Shown one piece after another: positions 36,567-43,525 of a DNA stretch of 62,458 nucleotides (positions within the stretch are counted from its first letter, which is position 1; every line of letters starts with the position of its first letter). The position numbers and the translations under genes are program-made. The DNA lies in the IMG/VR virus record IMGVR_UViG_3300035212_001239, positions 1 to 62,458 of that record; one strand, 5' to 3'. The notes beneath the pieces were generated by a model. The model was not told the origin of the DNA. It searched no databases and worked only from the letters and a program-made list of their open reading frames with translations. Source of the stretch: a virus (Duplodnaviria; Caudoviricetes).

Positions 36567-36586
36567 CCCCAACCGACCCGCACACC

Positions 36587-36781
36587 ATGACCACCACCAC
36601 CGCACTTGCCACCCTTGCCGACTTGATCGACCCCGCCGAGCCCGTCGACTTCCCCGCCCTCCGCCAGGATATCGACCGCGCCCGCCGGGAATTCACCGAG
36701 GAGGAACTACCCGCCGACCTTCACGCCGCACGACTCGCCGCCGCCGCCGCCCTTGAAGCCGCCCACCACGCCAACCCATGA
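36587..36781 (+). CDS. Early hypothetical protein
   Basis: MTTTTALATL..., 64 aa. Confidence 0.55.
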   Translation: MTTTTALATLADLIDPAEPVDFPALRQDIDRARREFTEEELPADLHAARLAAAAALEAAHHANP

Positions 36782-36921
36782 AACCGACCCGCTACCTACT
36801 CCCGGCCGAGATTGCCGACGCAGCCCGCGCCCGTCGCAACCTTGCCGCCCTCCAAACCCTCGCAGCCCTTGCCGCCATCGCCGCCGGAGCCCTCGCAATC
36901 ATCAAATACGCCCACCCATGA
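36778..36921 (+). CDS. Small membrane protein
   Basis: MKPTRYLLP..., 47 aa; ATGA overlaps at both ends. Confidence 0.55.
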   Translation: MKPTRYLLPAEIADAARARRNLAALQTLAALAAIAAGALAIIKYAHP

Positions 36922-37178
36922 AAACCCGCGCCCCTTGGAACGTGAAGCCCGGAGACACAATCCTTGTTTACACCTTCCCCGACCAGCCGGAGCCCCGCCC
37001 CGCGACCGTCACCCGAGTCAGCAAAGGCCGCGGCATGTTTACCGGTGCGACCCTGTGGCGGCATCATTACCGCGACCCGATGACCGGAACCGAAACGTGG
37101 ATCATGTCCCACGGACTCCGCCGCTCTCATCATCCCCGGATTGCCAACTGGCCCGCCGAAACTATCCCCGTCCCATGA
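36918..37178 (+). CDS. Early hypothetical protein (SH3/KOW-like)
   Basis: VKPGDTILV..ATVTRVS, 86 aa. Confidence 0.55.
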   Translation: MKTRAPWNVKPGDTILVYTFPDQPEPRPATVTRVSKGRGMFTGATLWRHHYRDPMTGTETWIMSHGLRRSHHPRIANWPAETIPVP

Positions 37179-37387
37179 AACGCCAGCCCCTAGCATACCG
37201 CCCCGCGTGGACGCACCACCCACGCGGCGGAAAAATTACCGGTTTCGCCGGACCCCTCCGCCCCGGACTTTACAGCCCCGAGCGCGGACTTGCCGCCACC
37301 GAAGCCGCCGCCCGCGCCGGTGACTTTTTCACCCAAGCCCCCGCCTCCCAAGTATACCCAGAAACCACCGACACCCCGACCCCATGA
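37175..37387 (+). CDS. Early hypothetical protein
   Basis: 70 aa; ATGA overlaps. Confidence 0.5.
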   Translation: MKRQPLAYRPAWTHHPRGGKITGFAGPLRPGLYSPERGLAATEAAARAGDFFTQAPASQVYPETTDTPTP

Positions 37388-37743
37388 CCAAGAACCAAGA
37401 ACTTGCAGCTTGGCAGGCTTTCGCCGCCGCCATGCCGCCCGCCTCCACCTACTCCGGCCGATGGATTGCCGAGCAAATCCATTACATCGAAACCGACATC
37501 AAAAGCGACATGCCCCCAGGACATGCCGCCGCCAGCATGGCCGACGCCCGCGATGCACTCGCAGCCGCTCGAGAGGAAGCCGCCGCAATCCACACCCGCG
37601 CCCGCGCCGAAGCAGAGCACACGCTAACCCGCGCCAGGAACGAAGCCGAGGAGATCAAAAGCAAAGCCCGCGCCCAAGCCGAGCGCACCCTTGCCGGACC
37701 CCTTTACGCCCTCCGCCAAGCCGTCCGAGTTCTTGAAGCATAA
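37384..37743 (+). CDS. Early protein with DivIVA-like coiled-coil repeats
   Basis: AREEAAAI..RARAEAEHTL..ARNEAEEI 11-residue periodicity. Confidence 0.6.
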   Translation: MTKNQELAAWQAFAAAMPPASTYSGRWIAEQIHYIETDIKSDMPPGHAAASMADARDALAAAREEAAAIHTRARAEAEHTLTRARNEAEEIKSKARAQAERTLAGPLYALRQAVRVLEA

Positions 37744-37785
37744 TCACCAACCAACCAACCAACCAACCCCAGAAACACCGACACT

Positions 37786-38376
37786 ATGAACAACACCGAC
37801 CACAGCACCGAAGCCCGCGCCCTCATCGACTCCGCCGCCGCCGCCCTTGGATGGACGACCAGCGCCCGAGACGACAACCCGCCCCGCACCCTCCCCGCGA
37901 CCGTCACCGACCCGACCACCGGCCGCGCCCTGTATGTCCGCCGCGCCACCTACCCCGCCAGCGCGGCCGGGCGAATCGTCATCTCCCCGGAGTGGCCGCG
38001 GGACTCCGCCAACCGTAACCACATCCCGCGGACCGTGCCGAGCCCCGCGACCGTCGCACCTACCGCCACGGCCGCCGCCCTTGCCCGCCGCCTCCGCCGT
38101 TACATGGACGAAACCCACGCCGCTTACGCCGAGGCTGCCGCCCACGCCGCACAGCATAGCGACCACGCCGCCAGGACCGCCACCACCGCCGCCGCCCTCA
38201 TCGCCGCCGGATGGTACCCAGGCAACCGCTACAACGACAACCCGCAACCGCCCAACCCGACCCCGACCACCTACGCGACCGCCGACAGCGTGAGCGGGGA
38301 GAGCATCCGATTGACCATTGCCGGACTATCCGCCGCGCAGGCAGTTGCCGCCCTTGCCGCCATCGCCAACGCATAG
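37786..38376 (+). CDS. Early hypothetical protein
   Basis: 196 aa. Confidence 0.6.
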   Translation: MNNTDHSTEARALIDSAAAALGWTTSARDDNPPRTLPATVTDPTTGRALYVRRATYPASAAGRIVISPEWPRDSANRNHIPRTVPSPATVAPTATAAALARRLRRYMDETHAAYAEAAAHAAQHSDHAARTATTAAALIAAGWYPGNRYNDNPQPPNPTPTTYATADSVSGESIRLTIAGLSAAQAVAALAAIANA

Positions 38377-38431
38377 ACCCACAACCCGCGGCCGGAGTTC
38401 GATCCTCCGGCCGCCCACCATACCCCGACCC

Positions 38432-39133
38432 ATGACCTACCACTTGACCCCACGCAGCGCCAACGCCAAGACCGGACCAATCCCGGTCAGCACCACCACC
38501 GCCCGCACTTGTCCGCCCGCGTGCCCGTTCAACAAACCGGGGGGCGGATGCTATGCCGCCTCCGGTCCGCTTGCGCTCCACTGGCAAAAAGTGACCGCCG
38601 GAACCCGCGGCCGGGACCTCCCCGGATTCCTTGCCGAGCTTGACCGCACGCTGGCAGCCGCACCGCCCCGCCAACTCTGGCGACACAATCAAGCCGGAGA
38701 CCTTCCCGGCCAGGGAAACCGCATTGCCCCCGCCGCCCTCCGCCAGATCACCGAGACCAACGCCCGCCACAACGCCCGAGGCTGGACCTACACCCACAAA
38801 CCCATGACGACCGCGACCAACCGCCGCGCCGTCGCAGACGCCAACGCGGCCGGTTTCACTGTCAACCTGTCAGGCAACAGCCTAGCCCACGCCGACCAGC
38901 TCGCCGCCCTTGAAATTGGCCCCGTTGTCGCCGTCATCCCGGCCGGATTCAAAGGCCGCCGCACCAAGACCCCCAGCGGCCGCCCCGTGCTGATATGCCC
39001 AGCACAGACTGGAAACGCGACATGCGCGACCTGCGGACTATGCGCAAGCCGTGACCCCCGCCGCCCCATTATTGGTTTCCTTGCCCACGGCACCGGAGCG
39101 AAAACCGTTTCCGCCATCGCCGCCGCACCATGA
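38432..39133 (+). CDS. Cys-rich Gp88/DUF7227-like protein (radical-SAM-like)
   Basis: SANAKTG..TCPPACP..GCYA..RHNQAGD..WTYTH..VNLS..CPAQ..CATCGLC..GFLAHG. Confidence 0.65.
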   Translation: MTYHLTPRSANAKTGPIPVSTTTARTCPPACPFNKPGGGCYAASGPLALHWQKVTAGTRGRDLPGFLAELDRTLAAAPPRQLWRHNQAGDLPGQGNRIAPAALRQITETNARHNARGWTYTHKPMTTATNRRAVADANAAGFTVNLSGNSLAHADQLAALEIGPVVAVIPAGFKGRRTKTPSGRPVLICPAQTGNATCATCGLCASRDPRRPIIGFLAHGTGAKTVSAIAAAP

Positions 39134-39300
39134 CCACGCCCGACCCCACCGCCGCCGCCAATGCCGACGCCGCCGCCATCCGGGCCGCCGCCATCGCCGA
39201 CGCCGACGCCATCCGACGAGCAGCACGCGACCAAGCCGCGGCCATTCTCAAGGCCCCGGCCGATGCCCTCCGGAAAGCCCTTGCGACGCTCGACAAGTAG
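39130..39300 (+). CDS. Small Ala-rich coiled-coil protein
   Basis: 56 aa; resembles the C-terminus of 37384..37743. Confidence 0.55.
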   Translation: MTTPDPTAAANADAAAIRAAAIADADAIRRAARDQAAAILKAPADALRKALATLDK

Positions 39301-39350
39301 ACCGCCAACCCGCCCGGCCGGAGCCCTCCGGCCGGGCACCCTTTGACCCC

Positions 39351-39572
39351 ATGACCTACCCCGACCCCATCCCCGCCACGCCCGCCCCGTTTCTATCCGA
39401 CATCCTCCGCCGCGGCCTCGCGATGGACCCGCACCGCACCGCCCAGGACGCCGCCGCCCATCTTGCCCAGACCCGCCGCACGCTCTCCCCATCCTCCGCC
39501 CTTGCTAGAGCATGGCGGACCCGGGAGGAGCCGAGCGGATGGACCGCCGCAACCCGCGCCCCCCGCCCGTAA
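39351..39572 (+). CDS. Early hypothetical protein
   Basis: 73 aa between hairpins 3 and 4. Confidence 0.55.
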   Translation: MTYPDPIPATPAPFLSDILRRGLAMDPHRTAQDAAAHLAQTRRTLSPSSALARAWRTREEPSGWTAATRAPRP

Positions 39573-39619
39573 CCACCAACCCGCCCGGCCGGACCATCCG
39601 GCCGGGCACCCTTTGACCC

Positions 39620-39814
39620 ATGAGACCCACCGATTGCCACCCGTTCCGCCTCCACGAAGCCGCCGCCATGCACGCCGCCGCCGTCCGCGCCCAGGATCAA
39701 ACCAGCGCCGACTTTTTCGCCGCTGTCATCCGATCTATCCGAGCCGGAGCCCCCTACAAACCCGGCGACCGACTAAGCGCGGCCGGAGGGAAGACCCGCA
39801 CCGCCCGCCCGTAA
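39620..39814 (+). CDS. Early hypothetical protein
   Basis: 64 aa between hairpins 4 and 5. Confidence 0.55.
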   Translation: MRPTDCHPFRLHEAAAMHAAAVRAQDQTSADFFAAVIRSIRAGAPYKPGDRLSAAGGKTRTARP

Positions 39815-39963
39815 CCACCAACCCGCCCGGCCGGACCTCCACCGGCCGGGCACCCGCCGACCAAGACGACCGCCCGCCGACCAGGACGACCGCCCGCCGA
39901 CCACGCCCCGCCGCCCTGACCCTGTTCCTGTAGCCGACCCCGCAACCCCAAACACTGAAGACC

Positions 39964-40203
39964 ATGAACCTTGACCCCGTAAGCACCTCAGTCCCCGCGC
40001 CGGTCTCGCCGCGCCCGCCGAAACCCTACGGATACGCCGTGAAAACCCCGATCGGATACGTCGCCAACCAAGGCCGCGAGTGGTGGCACGAATCCGAACC
40101 CGTCGGATGGGCGCTTTTCGGCACCCGCGAAAATGCCGAAAGCATCGCACGCCACCACAACGGCGGGGAGGTTGTCGAAATCTTCAAACCCGCCAAACCA
40201 TGA
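39964..40203 (+). CDS. Early hypothetical protein
   Basis: 79 aa. Confidence 0.6.
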   Translation: MNLDPVSTSVPAPVSPRPPKPYGYAVKTPIGYVANQGREWWHESEPVGWALFGTRENAESIARHHNGGEVVEIFKPAKP

Positions 40204-40267
40204 CCCCGCCCGCAATTTCCTGATCCCGATACTGTAGCCAACCCCGTAATCCCAAACACGCAACACC

Positions 40268-40447
40268 ATGAACCCCGACCATAAAACCACCCCGGACCCC
40301 GCGCCGGTCTCGCCGCCGTGCCACCACGCCACCGGCTACTGGATCAAACGCGGCGAGAGCTTCCGATGCTACGCTTGCGGCCACCAGCTCCGCATCTCTG
40401 AAATCGCACCCCGCCGCAATCGAAAAATCGAACTCTGGAAAGCATGA
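40268..40447 (+). CDS. Small zinc-ribbon-like protein
   Basis: CHH...CYACG, 59 aa; ATGA overlap downstream. Confidence 0.5.
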   Translation: MNPDHKTTPDPAPVSPPCHHATGYWIKRGESFRCYACGHQLRISEIAPRRNRKIELWKA

Positions 40448-40758
40448 AAACACGTGACAAACTACTAGCAGAGATTGACGCCGCCATTCTCGCCGCACCA
40501 CCGGAGAACCGGGACGCTTTGGAGGAGCGCAACCGCAAGATCCGAAAATCCAAAAACCCGAACGGCATCGCCCGCGAAGCAGAGGATTACCGGTCTAAAG
40601 ACAATCGGGCGAAGCTTGTCGCGATCCACTTGAAAGGGCATCACGACAAAATCACCATCACCGCGGGGCCGGTCTCTTACACCGTCTGGAACACCCGGGA
40701 GAACCTTGAACTCTTCCGCGCCCGTGTCGCCCGGAGCTTCCCTAAAACTACCCGATGA
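40444..40758 (+). CDS. Hypothetical protein
   Basis: 104 aa, translationally coupled. Confidence 0.6.
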   Translation: MKTRDKLLAEIDAAILAAPPENRDALEERNRKIRKSKNPNGIAREAEDYRSKDNRAKLVAIHLKGHHDKITITAGPVSYTVWNTRENLELFRARVARSFPKTTR

Positions 40759-40946
40759 ACCCGCTCGAAATTTACACCGACGCAGGACGCAAGGCCGGTC
40801 TCGCCGCCCGCCGGAAAGACATGGGCCTGCTCCGCCACTGGAACGACTGGCTTTCCCGTGCCTTGGCACTGGAGAACCCCGACCGGCGCAAGACCTGCCG
40901 CGAGACCTACAACGACGGATACCGCGAGGAGGCGGCACCACGATGA
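40755..40946 (+). CDS. Hypothetical protein
   Basis: 63 aa, translationally coupled. Confidence 0.55.
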   Translation: MNPLEIYTDAGRKAGLAARRKDMGLLRHWNDWLSRALALENPDRRKTCRETYNDGYREEAAPR

Positions 40947-41050
40947 AAACATCCGTCTGCATCGTCCTCGCGTGGGTCGCCGCCCAGGTGATCGTCCTGA
41001 TCGCTTTCCGCGTCCTCCAGCGTTCCAACTCCGACCGATTCGACCCGTGA
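40943..41050 (+). CDS. Small membrane peptide
   Basis: 35 aa, one TM segment. Confidence 0.45.
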   Translation: MKTSVCIVLAWVAAQVIVLIAFRVLQRSNSDRFDP

Positions 41051-41250
41051 AAGAACCCCGCCCCCGACGCCGAGTCGTCGCCATCGAATACGAGATGCCC
41101 GACGGCAGCACGTTCATCCTCGCCGCCCCGTCGCCTGCCGCCCTCCGCCGGGCGGCCAAGGCGGCGAGGCTGCCGGAACCGGACGAGAACAACATCGTGG
41201 AAGCGACAATCACCCAGCGGATTTCCCGATTGACAGAACCACAGAATTAA
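41047..41250 (+). CDS. Hypothetical protein
   Basis: GTG start overlapping the upstream stop, 67 aa. Confidence 0.5.
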   Translation: MKEPRPRRRVVAIEYEMPDGSTFILAAPSPAALRRAAKAARLPEPDENNIVEATITQRISRLTEPQN

Positions 41251-41262
41251 AGAAATCTGAAT
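41230..41262 (+). promoter_or_regulatory. Promoter/operator, twin of 53117-53150
   Basis: TTGAC-N9-GAATTAAAGAA is shared exactly by both sites. Confidence 0.6.
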
Positions 41263-41264
41263 TT

Positions 41265-41420
41265 ATGCACCGCACTGTAGCCACCCTCGCAATCGCAGCC
41301 GGGCTCGCCCTCGCACTGGCAGGGGGAATCCTCATCACATCCGGTCACGGTCTCGCCGCGGCCTGCTGCATCTCCGCATCCATCGCCCTGGGTCTCAGGG
41401 CATACCGCGAACCCGCATGA
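41265..41420 (+). CDS. Small membrane protein
   Basis: 51 aa, two hydrophobic segments. Confidence 0.5.
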   Translation: MHRTVATLAIAAGLALALAGGILITSGHGLAAACCISASIALGLRAYREPA

Positions 41421-41653
41421 GAATCATCAAAGCAAAACTGACCGCCATCGCCACCTGCCGCACCTGTTCCGGCGAGATCGTCCTTGAAGGCACCGGCGAC
41501 ACCATCGAGGAGGCCGAGAAGGCCCTCCACGAGGACATGGAAGACAAGGACTGGACCGACGACACCTGCTGGCAGTGTAACGAAAAGCGGTTCCTCGACA
41601 CCGCCGACAAAGCCGACCACGACAACAAGATCCAACGCGAACTCGACCCATGA
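41417..41653 (+). CDS. Small acidic Zn-binding-like protein
   Basis: CRTC...CWQC. Confidence 0.55.
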   Translation: MRIIKAKLTAIATCRTCSGEIVLEGTGDTIEEAEKALHEDMEDKDWTDDTCWQCNEKRFLDTADKADHDNKIQRELDP

Positions 41654-41988
41654 TCCAGATCCCCAAAATCACCAAACCGGACAGCGGCATGTTTTTTCGA
41701 TACCCGTCGTGGCACGTCTTCCACTACGAAGACGGCAAGACCCGGATGCGGTCTCTCGGCACACCCGAGATCGAGAAAGCCCGCCCGCTCCGCGATGAGC
41801 ACTTTGCCACGCTCCGCGCCCAAGGTGCCACCGAGCGCAACGAGAAGCGCGGTCGCCCGGTCACCAAAGGCGGCATCTACACGCAATACACAGTCCGTGC
41901 CGCCGGACATAAGACCCGCTACGTCAAGAACCTCGAAGAAGCCGAAGCCATCCGCGACTGGATGCTCGCCAACCCCGCAACACCATGA
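41650..41988 (+). CDS. Hypothetical DNA-binding-like protein
   Basis: RSLGTPEIEKAR..RD and LEEAEAIRD resemble AP2/arm-type beta-sheet DNA-binding motifs. Confidence 0.55.
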   Translation: MIQIPKITKPDSGMFFRYPSWHVFHYEDGKTRMRSLGTPEIEKARPLRDEHFATLRAQGATERNEKRGRPVTKGGIYTQYTVRAAGHKTRYVKNLEEAEAIRDWMLANPATP

Positions 41989-42284
41989 ACACCATCCCAA
42001 CCATCCAACTGTCCCCCGACACCGGGACGATCATCAACGCCCTCGACCTCGCCGCGTGGCTCCGCCGCAACTCGCGAAGCTGGACGCAGATCGAGAGCAT
42101 CGCGCAGCACCGCAAAATGACCCGCATGGAGACCCTGGAGCTGCTGGCTCTCACCCTCGGTCTCCAGCTCGAACAGGACCGCATGGACGCGGTCGAACGG
42201 GTGCGGCGGACTATCCAGCACACCATCGCCATCGACCCGACCGCACCGCTCGGCCCGGAGAACCCCAACATCCGCACACCATGA
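41985..42284 (+). CDS. Hypothetical protein
   Basis: 99 aa, translationally coupled. Confidence 0.55.
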   Translation: MNTIPTIQLSPDTGTIINALDLAAWLRRNSRSWTQIESIAQHRKMTRMETLELLALTLGLQLEQDRMDAVERVRRTIQHTIAIDPTAPLGPENPNIRTP

Positions 42285-42484
42285 CAGCCCAGCAACAGAC
42301 TATCGCCACCTGCCTCCGCATGAACGCGGCGACCGGCCGCACCGAGGGCATCCGCGAGAACGCCACCGAGCAGCTCGAAAGTTTCCTCGCCGGTCTCGCC
42401 CGCAAGGACCTGCCGAGCCCGTTCTCGCGATTCGTGGGCAGGTTGGAGAGCAGCGGCTCAAGTAATTCAAGATTTCTTGATTGA
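42281..42484 (+). CDS. Hypothetical protein
   Basis: MTAQQQ..., 67 aa. Confidence 0.45.
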   Translation: MTAQQQTIATCLRMNAATGRTEGIRENATEQLESFLAGLARKDLPSPFSRFVGRLESSGSSNSRFLD

Positions 42485-42509
42485 CCTCCAACCCAGCGAA
42501 CCCCAGATT
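42467..42509 (+). promoter_or_regulatory. Palindromic operator abutting a promoter
   Basis: TCAAGAttTCTTGA immediately followed by TTGACC-17 nt-CAGATT. Confidence 0.5.
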
Positions 42510-42521
42510 CCCCGAACCAAA

Positions 42522-42722
42522 ATGCCCCAGACCAAGACCATCGACCAACGGCTCCGCGAAGCCATTCAGAAGGACGGCAGGAAACTCGCCGTCATCGCCA
42601 AGGCCGCGGACACCGCATACATGGCATTGTGGAGCTGGTATACCGGACGGCAGGCGAAATACGACTTCGTCCAGGCCGAGAAAGTCCACCGCGCACTCAC
42701 CGGAAAAGGCTTCGGGGAATGA
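42522..42722 (+). CDS. Cro/XRE-like HTH regulator
   Basis: LREAIQKDGRKLAVIAKAADTAYMALWSWYTG, 66 aa. Confidence 0.6.
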   Translation: MPQTKTIDQRLREAIQKDGRKLAVIAKAADTAYMALWSWYTGRQAKYDFVQAEKVHRALTGKGFGE

Positions 42723-43327
42723 AACGAATCCTTGTTGCCTGCGAATACTCGGGCCGGGTCCGGGACGCGTTCCGAAAGCTCGGACACGATGCGTGGAGCT
42801 GTGACCTGCTCCCCGCCGAGACCCCGTCGCCCTACCACCACCAGTGCGACCTGCGGGAAGTCATCGACCAAGGGTGGGACATGCTGATTGCCTTCCCGGA
42901 CTGCACCTTCGTCTGCGGCTCCGGCATCCACTGGAACGACCGCGGCCGGGGATGGGAACGCACGGAAGTCGCCGTCGAGTTTTTCAGAATGCTCTGGGAG
43001 CAGCCGATCCCCTACATCGCACTGGAGAATCCGATTGGCATCCTGTCGAAACGGATCTGCAAGCCCACTCAGATCATCCAGCCCCACCAGTTCGGTGACG
43101 ACGCCAGCAAGGCGACTTGCCTCTGGCTGAAAAACCTACCCTCTCTCTCTCCCACCAAGCACATCGCCCCTCGCATTGTCGGGGACAAGAAGCGGTGGTC
43201 TAACCAGACCGACAGCGGGCAGAACCGTCTCGGACCTTCCGACGACCGCTGGAAAGAGCGGTCACGAACCTACCAAGGAATCGCCGACGCGATGGCCGAT
43301 CAATGGGACCTCCACATCTCCGTCTAA
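42719..43327 (+). CDS. Phage DNA cytosine methyltransferase-like protein
   Basis: ILVACEYSG..WSCD..WDMLIAFPDCT..IALENP..IIQPHQFG..KATCLWL..RSRTYQGIADAMADQW. Confidence 0.8.
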   Translation: MKRILVACEYSGRVRDAFRKLGHDAWSCDLLPAETPSPYHHQCDLREVIDQGWDMLIAFPDCTFVCGSGIHWNDRGRGWERTEVAVEFFRMLWEQPIPYIALENPIGILSKRICKPTQIIQPHQFGDDASKATCLWLKNLPSLSPTKHIAPRIVGDKKRWSNQTDSGQNRLGPSDDRWKERSRTYQGIADAMADQWDLHISV

Positions 43328-43525
43328 ATGAACCCGCCCCCAGGATGGAAGAAAGTCAGCTTTGCTGGCGACTGCTTCGGCGGTGACGAGAACGAGCTTG
43401 GCGACATCTGCTCGATCTGCGGCCTTGACTACTGCGAGGAGTGCGAGTGCCCCGGCCCGACGCAGATGGACGAATACGAGTATCAGGAATTTGACGGCGA
43501 ACTCTACGCCAAACCCATCGAATGA
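43328..43525 (+). CDS. Small Cys-rich acidic protein
   Basis: CSICGLDYCEECECPGP. Confidence 0.6.
   Translation: MNPPPGWKKVSFAGDCFGGDENELGDICSICGLDYCEECECPGPTQMDEYEYQEFDGELYAKPIE

Larger units (their letters stand above)
36258..39851 (+). repeat. Five dispersed intergenic GC hairpins (36258-36286, 38388-38414, 39312-39337, 39583-39607, 39825-39851)
   Basis: Conserved arms GC(CC)GGCCGG / CCGGCC(GG)GC with variable loops, each ~10-12 nt after a stop codon. Confidence 0.88.

Noticed and set aside
36258-39851. Hairpins as integron attC sites or intrinsic terminators
   Set aside because: No RYYYAAC/GTTRRRY ends, no integron integrase and no U tracts.
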